From: Eledone cirrhosa
Lineage: Eukaryota
DNA: 64,000 bases
Reading direction: 5' to 3'
Assembly: GCA_964016885.1 (NCBI GenBank)
Contig: OZ024740.1
Location: 154,752,001 to 154,816,000, forward strand
In this document: piece after piece, positions 1-14,464 of the stretch
Layout of the letters: every line of letters starts with the position of its first letter
Position numbering within the stretch: the first letter of the stretch is position 1
Notes under the pieces: model-generated
The model's input: only the letters and a program-made list of their open reading frames with translations
The model's database searches: none
Told to the model about the DNA's origin: nothing
Made by a program: the position numbers and the translations under genes

Positions 1-3000
1 CAGAACTAGCACCAGCGCCTACACCATCCACCACGCCACAACCAAAACCAACGCCTGTGGAGGATTTTCCACTCCCCGGCTTATCACAACTGGAGACAGA
101 TTGTGACGACAAGGAATGGGAAACGGTATCAGGAAAAAAGAAAAAAAAAAGAAACCAAAAAAGAAATTCTCTTCCTTCCCCCTCAAAAAACAAAATACAG
201 AGGGGAAACAAATAAATTATCGAACAAGAAAGTTAAGACAGATATGCCACCATCCACACCAGCATCACTAACCCCATCACCACAACCACAAACACCATCA
301 CCATCATTAACCCCAACACCACCATCACCAACACCACAAAAGTCACCAAAAAGCGTAACAGAAACAAACCCACAACAAACGCAAACAAAACAAAACAACC
401 AAAACGATACACACTACACAGCATTAAATTTGAACAACAACCAATTATTACACTACATGCAGCACAACACCAGCATCACAGAAAAAGACTACACAACAAC
501 CCAAAAGTTCACACCTCCTCCACACATACAAATCACTCGCATCACACAGAAAACGTACACGACACTAAAACAAAAATTCCCCAAAGACATCGGAGACTTC
601 CGACAAACACTCTCCAGGAGGATTTATAAGGACATCCTTCCGGAGGAGGCCACAAGCAGTGAAAAGGATGGACAAACCATCCTTCCTCTACGAGAAGTAA
701 GGTAAGTGGTCTTTCCCATCTTTTCCACTCCATTTCAACATGATCTCACTCAGAATAGGCAGCATAAATGCGCGTGGCTTGGGGTCGTCATGGAAGCAGG
801 GCCACCTGCTCAACGACCTCAGGTCACTAAACATAGATGTAGTGGCCATCAGCGAGACCAGAATCTCCGAAGCACGGGCCTTCGCACCGATCTTCGGCGG
901 CTACGATGTGTACGCATCTCCCAGCCGTCCGGGATCGGGGGGAGGAGTTGCTGTGCTTTTTCGGAGAGGTTTGGATCTCGCCATACGGGCCATCTTCCTG
1001 GACCCAGAAGGTAAGTTGGTGGTGCTAGATGTGACCAGCGGAGACGGGGAAGCTTTCAGGCTAGTGGCCGTCTATGCCCCGACAGGAGCAGGGCGGCCTG
1101 ATTTCTTCCGGCGTCTGGAGACCTTTCTTGGAACGTCCATCTCTTTAGTGTTAGTGGGCGACTGGAACGGGATCTTAGATGCACGCTGGCACTGTGTGGG
1201 ATTAGCGGATAGGGGAGGAGGGTGCAAGAGCCTCACCAACCTGCTCAGGCGTTTTGAACTGTCTGACAGGTACCGATTGGATTTCCCGAATGTACCAATG
1301 TGAACTTGGACAAATCGCATAGGGTCATCCAGATCATATCTAGATAGAGTATTTTGTAGAGAAATAGATAGGTCTAGCATAGGCTGTCCACAATTCAAGA
1401 TAGTCAGCTACACGGACCACAAATTCGTGATCTGTGTATTTGACTTAGATAGGCTTCATAGACAAGGACCCGGCTACTGGAAGCTAAACGCGTCCTTACC
1501 AGCGCGCAAGGCCTACAGAGACCGGATTAGCGAACTAGTTAAGCGGGCGTTGACGGGGGCCATCGTCAACAACAAGTGGTGGTTTGCTCTGAAAAGAGCA
1601 ATTAGAATAAGAGTCCATTAGGTTTAGTAAGGCTTTAGCAATAGAGAAAAATAGAGCAGAGGGAGAATTAGTTAGAAAATTAGACGAGGCGCTTAGCAAA
1701 GGCATCGCGACCGACGTACTTGCGGCGAAATTGGCCCTAGACCAATTCTTCAATGCGAAGCACGAAGGCTGCGTTGTCAGAGCTAGGGTGCGTTCTCTCA
1801 GACACGAGGGGACGAAAGCCGTTCAATGGGCCCGAGTGGCGGAGGCGCATCGTGACAACAAAGCCACGATCCGGTCTTTGGTGGACCACGACGGGCGCAT
1901 GCTACTCGATCCCGGGCAAATGTGTGAAGCTTTTCAGCGACACTTCGCTCAGTTGTTCGGGGGCAGCGGCAGGCCGGATCGGGGGATGGACTTTAGTGTC
2001 TACCTCGACGGACTGCCGCGGCTCTCGGCCACTGAGGCGGAGTGTTGAGAAAAGCCGATAATAGCCGCTGAAGTACGGGAGGCAATGACTAGCTGCACAA
2101 GGGGTAAATCGCCTGGTTTGGATGGTCTGCCCTATGAACTTTACGTACAGATGTCAGACTTGTTCGGAGGCCTCTTGGCGGACGTCTACTGCAACTGGCA
2201 ACAGAACGGGAGAATTCCCAGCTCTGTGAGCCGAGGAGCTGTGGCGCTGCTGAGAAAGGATCCGAACAAGGGAGATAACATAGATAATTTTAGGCCCATA
2301 ACTCTGCTAAACACAGAGTTCTAGATTTTGGCCAAGGTGCTAGCAAAGAGGTTGGCGCTTGTCGTTGGTGGTCTGGTGGGAGAGGCGCAGACATGCGCCA
2401 TTCCCGACAGATCCATCCACGACAACTTCCACCTCATGCGATACATCGTAGAGAGGGTAGCTCGGGAACCTGGCACGGGTGGGTCCTTGATCAATTTAGA
2501 TCAGTCGAAAGCTTTCGATAGGGTCGACCATCGTTACCTAGCGGCAGTCCTGAGGGCGGCTGGCTTTGGGCCTGTCTTCAGAGGCTGGATCGCTGCCATG
2601 CACAGCGACATCTGCTGTGGTGAGAGTGAACGGTCACCTTTCGGAACCGTTCAACATCATGCGCTCGACCGCCAAGGATGTCCCCTCTCGTCCCTCTTGT
2701 ACGTATTGACTCTCGAGCCATTACTTCACAAACTGGAGACGTTGAGGGGGGTCCCGCGCGAACTAGGATGCGGAAGATCCGTGTCAGCATATGCGGACGA
2801 TGTCACCGTAGTGGTGTCGAAGGCCAAACACATCGAGGTGATCGGCACTACACTAAGAGAATACGAAGCGGTGACAGGAGCAATGATCAACCAGGAAAAG
2901 TCAGTGGGCCTGCAGCTCGGCACCTGGAGAGGCAGGTCCATGCCGTCCAACAGCGTCGTCGGGCGCTGGACGGACGGACCAGTTAAATTGCTTGGGGTCT

Positions 3001-4265
3001 GGTTCGGTCCGGATCTCCAGACGGACAAAAACTGGGACGAGGTGACGAGCAGGGTGGCTTCTCTCACACAGAAATGGGTCGAGAGGAAGCTATCCCTGAA
3101 AGGTCGAGCGGAGGTGGCTAACGCCTATATCGCGTCTGTCATCTACTACCGCCTGACTGCGCTGGAGCGTTTGCTCTTTCGCTTTTTGTGGAAGGGACGC
3201 GCTCCGATGGTCATCTGCTGTCAACACCCGCTACGTGGAGGGCTGGGCATGCCGTGGCTGATGATGCGCAGACACGCGCTCAGGCTACGACATCTCCACC
3301 TCTTCCTCGACGGTGATCAGGTGTGGTCTCCGTTTGCTAGACACGTCTTTCCCAAGCTCGTCTCCTTGACGGAGCTGCAGTCCTGGGTCAAGCGAAGACC
3401 GAGAGGGAGCGCTTGGAGACTGGAATGTCTTCAGGCGCTCACAGCCCTCGACCAATCGGGCAATGTGATCGGTGGAAACTCCACCTTGGCGTTCTATAGA
3501 GGATTGGTGGAGGAGAAGAGCGACGACGTACTTGGGGAAACTCTAGGCGTCGACGAAAATCAACTAGCCAATCTCTTCGGAAGAACTTTCGGGCCGGGGC
3601 CTATGGACAATTTCCAGAAATCCCTGGCCTGGCAGTGCTACCGAGGAGCTTTGCCAGTTCGGGATAAACTCTACATGCATGGAGGTGCCGTCAGCCGGGC
3701 ATGTCCGAGATGCGCGCAGGGCGACGAAACCGTCCTGCACGCACTCGTCCAGTGTCCGAGCATTGCTGACTTGTGGGTTTATGTCGAACACCTGCTGTCG
3801 CGTGTGGGGCGGATCCAGCTATCAGTTGAGTCCATCGTGAGGATTGCCCCGCCCCCTTCCTTTAGCCGGGAAGGGCAGGCAGTTTTTATATGTCTGGTGG
3901 CCATGGCGAAAGAGATAGTATGGTGGACACGTTTAAAAGGGCTGAAGACGAGCACTTACCTCTTCGGTGATGCCCTGATTAACTTTTTCAAATTTCATTT
4001 GAAAAGGAAAATCAGGGTAGAAAGGGAAGTGCTCTCTTCCCAGCATTTTGTTGAAAGATGGGTGAGAGAGGCAAGAATGGCCCGAGTGAATGGGCCTACT
4101 CTGAGTATGTGTCTGTAAATTAAAGGTGGAAAACTGGGAGAGGGCACTTGCCCTGGTGGTCAGGGTCACTGTGGCTTTTTAATGGGCTTTCTCCACCAAT
4201 GTCCCTCGGAAGTCTCCCCCCTATTAGGGAATTTTTTCATTGTTCTATTATTACATCCTCTGTTT
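1..4265 (+). mobile_element. Tx1-like L1-clade LINE, copy 1 (decayed; ORF1 end, ORF2, partial 3' UTR)
   Basis: ORF2 pieces at 740-4118: APE endonuclease (SINARGL, VAISET, VYAP, GDWN, SYLDR), RT (KSPGLDG, NFRPITLLN, LDQSKAFDRV, QGCPLS, YADD) and C-terminal CPRC..ETVLHALVQC. Broken by stops and frameshifts. Thr/Pro/Gln-rich ORF1 remnant at 103-705. Confidence 0.9.
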
Positions 4266-4278
4266 CTTGTGAAGGGGC

Positions 4279-7200
4279 CAATTTTCTTTAACCATCCCTG
4301 GAAACTTTTTGAGATAGTCCCTAGTGCGCCTATGACAATCGGGATCACTTTGACTTCATGGCAGTTCCAAATCCTTTTTACCTCCCACTTTAAGTCCTGG
4401 TATCGGTTAATTTTCTCCCTCTCCTTCTCTTGCACTCTCGTGTCGAATGGGCAGGCCACATCCACAATCAGGCACGATCTTTTTTCCTTGTCCAAAACCA
4501 CCTGGTCAGGTCTATTGTGTTCCAGTTTCTTGTCCGTCTGTATCCTAAAATCCCACAGCACCTTCACCTGATCATTTTCTATCACCGCCTCTGGCTTATG
4601 CTCATACCACTTCTCAGAATGTGGTAAATTGTTTACTTTGCACAGGTGCCAGTGGATCACCCTGCCCATCACATCATGTCTCCAGCCCTTATAGTGAGTC
4701 TGGGCTAGGTGTTTACACTCGGATACAATGTGATCCACAGTCTCCTCTCTCTCCACAGATCCTGCACAGTGGGCTAGCCTCCTCCTTGTAAATGTGGTGT
4801 TTCAACCACTTCGTTTTGAGGGCCTGCTCCTGCGCAGCCATTAACATTCCTTCTCTAGTCGTTTTAAGGTCTCCTCTTTTCAACCAGTTCCATGTCTGTG
4901 GATCTCTAAATTCAGTTTTCTCAAAGAAGGTACTATGAAGGGATTTTTCCTGAAGGCTGCTCTTACTCCTTGATGTTATTTCCTCCTTGGACATCCCCTG
5001 GCCTATTGTCCCCTCCTTCAGTACAGTTCTGAGCATTGGCTCCTTACTATCAATCACGTATTTGTGTAGGTTGTTTTTCTCCATCTGAACACAGTCCTCT
5101 ATGCTGATAAGGCCTCTTCCACCCTCAGATCTCCTTAAGTAGAGTCTATCGACATCACTCCTCTTGTGGAACATATTGTAGATAGTCAATAGCTTCCTAG
5201 TCTTCCTATCCATTTCTTTTTGTTCAGCAACATTCCATGTCAGAATTCCCGCACTGTACCTAATATTAGACACAGCTCGGGAATTTACTGCACTTATGGC
5301 ATTCCTACTGTTCAGATGTGACTTTAATACGCTCCTTACTCTCCGAAGGTATCAGTTCTTATCAATTCCTTCATTTTTTTGTTCTTGATGTCATCAGCCT
5401 CCAGAACGCCCAAATACTTGTATCCTTCCTCAGAGTCAATTTCCTTTATCATCTCACCCGTTGGTGTCTGGATTCCGTTACTTCTGCTCAACCTACCCCT
5501 CCTCATCACAATGACTCCACACTTACTAATACCAAATTGCATACATATATCATTGCTGAAAATACGGACAGTGTCAACAAGCACATCCAACTCCTTCTCA
5601 CTCTTCCCGAAGAGCTTAAGATCGTCGATGAAGAGGAGGTGATTGATGGTAAGCCCACCCTTTCCCAACCTGTATCTTGCTCTCACTTTTCGCAGTACAC
5701 TGGTCAGGGGCATCAGGGCAAGGACAAACAACAGAGGGGACAGACTATCTCCCTGGACTCTTCCCAAGGATTCTCCAGTTGATGTTAACTCTGTTTCCCA
5801 GGACTTCATACTTTTGCCCAACAACTGTCTGATGTTATCTGCCACCTTGAAGATCTCCAGGCTTTTGGTGATCCAAGAATGAGGCACCAAGTCAGATGCC
5901 TTTTTGTAGTCTATCCATCCCATGGCAAGACCAGTGTGTCTCCTCTTGCAATTCCTCATTACCATCTTATCAATAAGTAACTGGTCCTTTGTACCACGTG
6001 ACTTTTTTCGGCATCCTTTCTGTTCGTCCGGTAACAAGTTGTTTGTGTGGAGGTGATGGTAGATTTCCTCAGACATAATGCCTGTCAACAGTTTCCACAT
6101 TACGGACAGACATGTGATAGGTCTATAGTTGGTAACATCATTACCCTTGATTCGGTCTTTCATTATCAGAACTGTGGTACCTTTTGTCAACCACTCTGGT
6201 ACCTCACCTGACATCAAACAGTCATTGAACATGGTTGTCAGTTTCGGGTGGAGGGATGTTATGTTTTTAATCCAATACCCCTGCACACCATCTGAGCCAG
6301 GTGATTTCCAGTTGGTTAGTTTTTTGGCCTGCCCCTTAAGAGTTTCAACTGTGATACTCAAATCAGTTTGTTGGTGTGCCTGTTCACTGATCTCCTTCTG
6401 TACTGTTTCAATCCACACTGCCTGGTCATTATGTTTAACATCCTGCTCCCATATTCCTCTCCAGAATGTTTTAGTTTGTTCCGCCTCAGGGATCAAGTCG
6501 TTGCCTCTTTCTTTCCTTTCAAGCTGTCCAAACAGCATCTTCTGGTTGTTGTCAAACATGCGGTTCTGTCTATACTGGCTGACTCTGTTCTCGTATCGCC
6601 TGATTTTTGCACTCTTTGCTACAATGCGTTGCTTCAGTTCCTCTATGATAATATTTAGCTTTTTCCTCCTAGTTTTGAACTTTATTTCCAGTCTATTTTT
6701 AGTGTCTATGTTTTTTAGTGTCCCATTCAGTGGGGACTCAAGCTTTCCAATGTCATTTCTCATTTCCCTGATTTGACCACTCAGTCGTTTCTTCCACCAA
6801 GGCTCTGCTCTTTCTTGTCTGTTGTTTCCTCTCGCTTTTATACCAAGTAGTTTCCTCACCGTATTTGCTGTTGCTTTGAGGATATTGTTGCACTGGTAAA
6901 GGCTCCTCGCCTCAAGGTATGGGATGACTTTGTTTACCTTAGCTGTTGTTTCTTTTAACTTTTTCCTGTCTACAAATCTTAGGTTCATAGGTCTCCCACT
7001 ATCATTGTTCAATTCATCTACCACTAAGTTTAGGATATCTACCAAATCTTGTCCTAGCCCGTCAGCATTCATCTCCTCAGTGGCCGTATCTCTGTTCCAG
7101 GTATTATTTATCTCAGCATTCAGATCATTGTCTGTTTCGGGTGGTTCCTCCGTTCTCTCGACCTCTTCACCTTCATTTCCCACTGGCTCGTTTGCCTGGC

Positions 7201-7720
7201 ATACTCCACCCTCCATCTCCAAGCTAATCTCTCTGCTCAGTTCCTCCAGTTCCAGCTCGCTTATCCACCCATTAGTTCTTATCACCCGAGCCTGCCCGGC
7301 CAGTTTTTGTTCATCTAATTTAAATGGACCAATCTCGTTCCAGATGTTATGCATCCTTTTCCTATAGCCTTTCTCCTTGGGGTTACTCTTCAGGTAACAT
7401 TGCATAACAGTTCTATTCAATTCTTTCGTCCAGTTGGTTCTTGTCCCTTTCCTTCTTCTTCTTCCTCCGACACCAGCAGTATTTGGTTGACAGCCAGGTC
7501 CCTGCTGCTGAGCCAGGGAGCACCTGTTGGGTGAGAGTCTGTCACATGACATTCTAATCTCCATTTCACCGTTATTCGAACTGTTTAGGTTCGACATTTA
7601 AACACTTATCGAGGATTGGCGAATGTATGGTTACATAACCACCGGTGAATTACTTGTCTCCGGTGGTTTCGTCACTCCACGTGACTTTTGTGTGGCATTA
7701 TCACGCTGTAGACGAACCCA
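4279..7720 (-). mobile_element. R4/Dong-like non-LTR retrotransposon with restriction-like endonuclease (decayed, 3' end missing)
   Basis: One ORF in pieces (7597-5336, 5273-4713, 4756-4279): NWKSPGSDG, NYRPITCL, QGDSLSP, LFIDD, YKYLG, CRIC..HIVSEC, RHD, LWDF..RPD..IVDVACP..EKINRYQDL. Confidence 0.85.
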
Positions 7721-7914
7721 AATAAACAAACAAATAAACAGGCAGAAAAAACCCCAAAAATGAATAAGCATAAGTTTCATTGAAATGAAGTGTTTGAATT
7801 TCTGACTTAGTTTTTCCCTTCCCTTCTCTGTCCGTCCGTTTGTTTTTCTCTTCATTTTTATTTCCTTTACGTTTTTCGTTGTTGCTGTGCTGCTTTTATT
7901 TTTATTTATTTTTT

Positions 7915-8787
7915 TTTTTATTTTGACCGGGTCATCAATTCAGTCTATTTATATATTTTGATGCCTTCCTCTTTTAGTGAGAATTCTACAATGTAGCAGG
8001 GGCTAGCGGGAGAGAATAGCGGCGGTAGTGACAATGAGGCAGCGATGGCGGTGCTGTGCCAGCAGCAACTAGCAGGAGGTGGTGGGAGAGAGTAGCGGCG
8101 GTAGCGATAATGAGGCAGTGGTGGTGGTGATGATGTGGTCGTATTACTGTAGTGATGGTTCTGAAGTTGGAGTAGAAATTTGAGTCGACTTGATCAGAGT
8201 TTTCATCGTGGTAGTGGTGGTGGTATTGGTGGTGAAATTATCTTTAGTGAAATTATCATTAGTCGCATATATGTGTTGACATATTTTTCTTTACTATTGG
8301 AATTAAACATTTTGTTAAAACTAAAACTTGATTTTGATTTTTGTTTTGTTTTTTTTGTTTTTTTTTTATTTTGACCAGGTCATCAATTCAGTCTATTTAT
8401 ATATTTTGATGTTTTCCTCTTTTAGTGGGAATTCTACAATGTAGCAGGGGGTAGCGGGAGAGAATAGCGGCGGTAGTGATATTGAGGCAGCGGCGGCGGT
8501 GGTGGTGGCGGTGCTGTGCTAGCAGCAACTATCAGGAGGTAGTGGGAGAGAATAGCGGCGGTAGCGATAGTGAGGCAGCGGTGGTGGTGATGTGGTCGTA
8601 TTACTGTAGTGATGGTGTTGAAGTTGGAGTAGAAATTTGAGTCGACTTGACCAGAGTTTTCATCGTGGTAGTGGTGGAGGTATTGGTGGTGAAAGTATCT
8701 TTAGTGAAATTATCGTTAGTCGCGTATATGTGTTGACATATTTTTCTTAATATTGGAATTAAACATTTTGTTAAAACTAAAACTTGA
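7915..8787. repeat. Tandem duplication of a ~450 bp unit
   Basis: TTTTGACC(G/A)GGTCATCAATTCAGTC...AAACTAAAACTTGA occurs twice (about 7915-8331 and 8362-8787), each copy with an internal GGGAGAGAATAGCGGCGGTAG sub-repeat. Confidence 0.85.
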
Positions 8788-9218
8788 GGCAATAGTAATA
8801 GTAATTATTATTATTATGCTGAGATTGGTGGTGGAGGTGGTGGTGAAATTGCCATTATCTGGCTATTGTGTTTAGTGTACACGGAGGGGTGATGGGGTAG
8901 GTGGTGTATCTAGTTTCTGATGTTGGTGAAATTGCTGTTATTTGGCTGTTCTATATAGTGTAGACAGAGGGGTTTTCTTCCATTTATAACCATTTTCTTT
9001 TTTGAATATAAAATGTATAATACATAATTGAATATTTGAGCGATATAACAATATATTGTGGATCCGAATTTTTGGGGACTCAAGCTGAATGCAACATTTG
9101 TACTAAGAATTGTTATTTCACAATTGATTTAAATATGTTAAAAAATCAAAACTTACGGGAGCGATTTCTCGACCTTCTATCCACCATGTGTGTCTTCTTC
9201 CCATTCTTCTTCTTCTTC

Positions 9219-9219
<1 letters not shown>

Positions 9220-9297
<78 letters not shown>

Positions 9298-9298
9298 C
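9220..9298. repeat. (TTA)n microsatellite at the 5' flank of Tx1 copy 2
   Basis: Read directly; preceded by a (TTC)n pyrimidine tract. Confidence 0.95.
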
Positions 9299-12200
9299 AT
9301 TGTGGAAGTATACATGTCGCAGGAAATTTTGTTCTCGTAAGTTTGTGATTTTTTAACAGTTTTTATAACGAACTTATTGAGGTGGTCGAAATTAATCGGT
9401 ATTTTGCCCTTCGGGGCTAAATTCCAATTTGAACTTTGCATTCAGCAAATACGTCTACAAAAATTTAAAAAAAGTGGCGTCATAGAAAATCTGTTTCTCT
9501 ACCATGTCTCCACACAAGAATTACTTCTTCCCCAAACTTTCGTTCTCTACCGTGTCTTCCCTCACAACAATTTCTTTCTTCACCAAGCTGTCAGCATGGA
9601 GTCTCGCTTTCCTTTTCGTCTTCTTCATGGTCACATGTGAAAGTGAGGCAAGGACCATTTCATTCTCTTCTTCATCAAGCGACGGTCGCGAAGCGGCTGC
9701 TGCTGATGCATTTGACAACAAAGGACGTAGCAGCAGCGGCAGTATTAACAATAGCACCTGTGGTAGCAGGAGCAGCAGCAACACCAACAACACCGTTTGT
9801 AGCAGTAGCAAGGGCAACAGCACCAACAACAAGACCAGTAGCAGCAGTAGCGGCAGCAACAATGGTGCCACTGAAAAAGGGACCAACTCTTTTGCAAAGG
9901 TGGCTCGCAACGTAGAAACAGCCCTTGGAGATGGCGGTCACAAGACACATGGTAACCAGAACTGAATTTTCAGTGTCCTTGAAACCACCAACCGACTTCC
10001 TGGAAGAACAAGAGCGACGCACAGTGTCATACCGCACAATTTTCACAAAATTGCGTCGTGTGGAGAGAGCCTCGGAGGCCCAAATCCAAAAGGCCTTGGG
10101 AACTGTGTGGGCACGGAAAACCCACATCACCCTTGGCAAGAAATATGCTACTGTGCACATCGTTTTTGCTACCACCCAGGAAGCAAAATCATCCTCGCTG
10201 AGGACCCTACGGAGTGATGACATAACATCAGTCCCGTTTTACTGCGGGAAAAAATTGTAACGGTCAGGGTGACCCAGGTCTCGCCCTGTATACCCGTTCC
10301 TTGGCTGGTCGTGTCTGTTCTTGCGGGCATCGAGGATAGAACAACCATTCTGCAGGTACAGAAGTTGGGGAAAGAGGACTGGTCCGGTATTGGAATGGAG
10401 ATGCTCATCTAAACCGACCAGGACTGCATCAGCGCTATTCCCGACGTAATAGACCTCGGGAATGGCTCCCAACTTCCCATATCTGTGAAAGGACGGCGCT
10501 CAAAGTGCTTCAACTCTGGATCAAAGTCTCACCTCAGGGCCTTCTGCCCACAGAAAATAACAAAGGCGAAGGTCCCCCTCCTTCCAACACCGGAACCGCT
10601 GCCATCAGAAACAGAGCAGTTAGTGAAAAAGTCAGGAGCTTCTACCGAGAGTAGGCGGACAACGTCCGTGGCACCCACACCAAAGCCACGGACAACAAAA
10701 ACAGTGGCGGCAAATGCAGCAACAGAAACATTTGCACTAGCTGCACCTGTGCCAAGAACGGCAGACCAGGCTCCACCACAACCACCACCACAACCAACAA
10801 CAACAACAAAGACAAATGAGAGGGTAGAACTCATATCCCTCCCCGACCTCTCACAGTCAGACATGGAGTATGAGGCAGCTGAGTAATGGAAAACAGTTGT
10901 CAACAAAAAGAACAAACGCAAAAACACTACAGCTTCTCCTTCCAAAAGCGAAGGCAAAGAAGGATGGGTAAAGGCTGCAAGCAGACTTGCAGCAACACCA
11001 TCACCATCACCACCACAAGCAGCAGCACCAACAACCACACCACCACCAGCATGAACAAAAACACCAACATAGCAAACACAACAAAGCACACACACCCAAC
11101 AGCAACAACAAGAAAACAGAACAAAATCAAAAGAGTTGTTGTGCTTGGATCTCGCGATACGGGCCATCTTCCTTCTTCAGACGACTAGAGACCTTTCTTG
11201 GAGCGTCCCGCTCTTTAGTGTTAGTGGGCGACTGGAACGGTATCTTAGATGCACGCTGGGATTATGTGGAGCTAGTAGACAGAGCAGGAGGGTGTAAAAG
11301 CCTCAACTTTGAACTGCCTGATAGGTATAGACTGGATTATCTAAATGTGCCAATGTGGACATGGGCAAACTGCATCGGGTCATCTAGATCGTATTTAGAT
11401 AGGGTATTCTGAAGGGAAACAGATAAGGCTAGTGTAGGTTGTCCACAATTTAAAGTAGTCGACTACACGAACCACAAATTTTTCATCTGTGAAGTTGACT
11501 TAGATAGACTCAATAGGCAAGGGCCCGGCTACTGGAAGCTGAACGCGTCGTTCCCGGCGCGCAAAGCTTACAGAGACCGGATTAGCGAATTAGTTAAGCG
11601 TGCGTTGACGGGTGCAATCGTCAACAACAGGTGGAGGTTTACCCTGAAAAGGGCTATTAGAGTAGAATCGATAGCAAAGGAGTAGTGATAGAGGAAAATA
11701 GAGTAGAGGGAGAGTTAGTTAGAAAGCTAGAAGAGGCGTTTAGGACAGGCATCGCAACCGACGTGCTTGGCACTTGACCAATTCTTCAACGCAAAGCATG
11801 AAGGCTACGTTGTCGGAGATAGAGCGCGTGCTCTAAGACATGAGGTGACGAAAGCCGTTCAATGGGCCCGGGTGGTGGAGGCACAACGTGGCAACAAGTC
11901 CACAATTCGGTCTTTGCCTGATCAAAACGGGCGCATGTTGTTCGAACCCGAGCAGATGTGTGCGGATTTTCAACAGCACTTTGCTCAATTGTTCGGGAGC
12001 GGCGGCGGGCCGAATCGGAGTATGGACTTCGGTGCATACCTCGACGGACTGCCGCGGCTCTCGACGACTGCAGAGCAGTGCTGCGAAAAGCCGATAACAG
12101 CATGTGAAATACGGGGTGCGATGTGTGACTGCACGAGGGGTAAATCGCCAGGTTTGGATATGCCAGACTTGTTCAGCGACCTCTTGGCAGACGTCTACTG

Positions 12201-14432
12201 CAACTGGCAGCAGAAGGGGAGCATTCCCAGTTTTGTGAGCCGGGGAGAGGTGGCGCTGCTGAGAAAAGACCCGAACAAGGGGGACATTATAGACAACTTT
12301 AGGCCCTTAATTCTGCTAAACGCAGAGTTTAAGATTTTGGCCAAGGTGTTAGCAAAATGATTGGCGCTTGTCGTCAGTGATCTGGTGGGAGAGGCGCAGA
12401 CATGCGCTATCCCGGACAGATCCATCCACGACAACCTCCATCTCATGCGATACATCATAGAGACGGTGGTTAAGGAACTTGGCACGGGTGGGGCCCTGAT
12501 CAACTTGGATCAATCTAAAGCATTTGATAGGGTCGACCATCGGTACCTGGCTGCGGTCCTTGAGACGGCCGGCTTCGGGCCCGTTTTTAGGGGCTGGATC
12601 GCTGCGATGCACAGCGACATCTGCTCGATTGTGAGGGTGAATGGTCACCTGTCACAGCCTTTCAGCATCATGCGCTCGATCCGCCAGGGTTTCCCCCTCT
12701 CATCCCTCTTGTACGTACTGGCCCTAGAGCCGTTACTACACAAATTGGAGACGATGAGGGGGATCCCACGCGAACTGGGATGCGAGAGATCCATGTCGGC
12801 TTATGCCGATGACGTCACTGTAGTGGTGTTGAGCACCAAACACGTCCAGATGCTCGGCACCGCTCTCAAGGAATACGAAGCGGTGACAGGAACAAAGATA
12901 AACCAGGAAAAGTTGGTGGGCTTGCAACTCGGCACCTGGAGAGGCAAGTCCATGCCATCCGACAGCGTCGTGGTGCGCTGGACGGAAGGAGCGTTTAAAT
13001 TGCTCGGGTTCTGGTTCGGTCCGGACCTCTAGATGGAAAAAAACTGGAGCGAGGTGTCGAGCAGGGTGGCCTCTCTCACCCAGAAATGGGCCGAGAGGAG
13101 GCTGTCTCTGAAAGGTCGGGCTGAGGTGGCGAATACGTACATAGCGTCTGAAATCTGCTGCTGCCTGACCGTCGTACCTTGCCCCTGCCCAACTCTGACC
13201 AAAATGGAGCGCCTTCTTTTCCGCTTTTTGTGGAAGGGACGTGCTCCCATGGTCAGACGATCCATTTGCTGTCAACACCCGTTGCGTGGAGGACTAGGCA
13301 TGCCATGGCTGATGATGTGCAAACATGCGCTGAGGCTGCGACATCTCTGGTGCTTCCTTGACGGTGAACAGGTGTGGTTGCCATTTGCCAGACGCGCTTT
13401 TCCCCAGCCCATCTCCTTGACGAAGCTGCAGTCCTGAATCAGGACAAGACTGAGGGATAGCGCTTGGAAGCTGGAATGTCCCCAAATGCTCACTGCCCTC
13501 TACCGGCTTGGCACTAGTATCGGTGGAACATCCACTTCGGCGTTCTATAGAGGGCTAGTGGAGGGAAAGAGCGAGACCCTGGGCATCGAAGGCAATCAGC
13601 TGTTCGCTCTCTTCAAGAGAACTTTCAGACCGGGGCCTATGGACAACTTCCAGAAATCCCTGGCCTGGCAGTACTACCGGGGAGCATTGCCAGTTCGGGA
13701 TAAGCTCTACAGGCACAGAGATGCTATCAGCCGAGCCTGTCCGAGATGCGCGCAGGGCGACGAAACCGTCCTGCACGCACTCGTTCAGTGCCCGAGGATT
13801 GCTGACTTGTTCAGCTATGTCGAACAGCTGCTGGCGCGTGTAGGACGGATCCGGTTATCGACTGAGTCCATTGTGCAGATAGCCCCGCCATGCTCCTTTA
13901 AAGAGGAGGAAGGGCAGGCAGTTTTCATCTGCTTGGTGGCCATGGCAAAAGAGATTGTGTGGTGGACAAGGTTGAAAGGGTTGAAGACGGACACTTTCCT
14001 CTCCGGCCAATCCCTGATTAACTTTTTCAAGTTCCACTTGAAGAGGAAAATCAAGGAGGAGAGGCAAGTGCTGTCTTCTAGTAAGTTTGTTGAAAGGTGG
14101 GTGAAAGTGGCCAGTCAGGTCCGAGTGAATGGGTCCGCTCTGAGTATGCGCCTGTAGACTGAGGAGTGGGAAAAGTGAGAGAGGGTGCTTGCCCTGGTGG
14201 TCAGGGTGGCCGTGGTCTTTTGTGTGGTTTTCACCACGAGTGACCCTCGAAGGTTTCCCCCTTCTTGGGGAATTTTTGTTGTTTGAATTTTTGGGGATTT
14301 CTTGCCCGATTTTGTTATAACCTGTTTACATAACCAAAACCCACTTTGTATCGTCCTGTACTGTTCTGTGCCGTCTCTAATGTTTTTCTTCGTGTCAGCC
14401 CTTGTGGTCAATAAAGAAACCATTATTATTGA

Positions 14433-14464
<32 letters not shown>

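Noticed and set aside
1301-1303. In-frame TGA as selenocysteine or programmed readthrough in Tx1 ORF2
   Set aside because: Copy 2 has TGG at this position and the other disruptions differ between copies, consistent with ordinary decay.
9036-9356. Cys-containing ORF as another host exon
   Set aside because: No convincing splice sites or domain motif; it runs into microsatellite-encoded poly-Leu.
9504-11412. Ser-, Leu- and His-rich ORFs as separate genes
   Set aside because: They are alternative frames of the low-complexity Tx1 ORF1 region.
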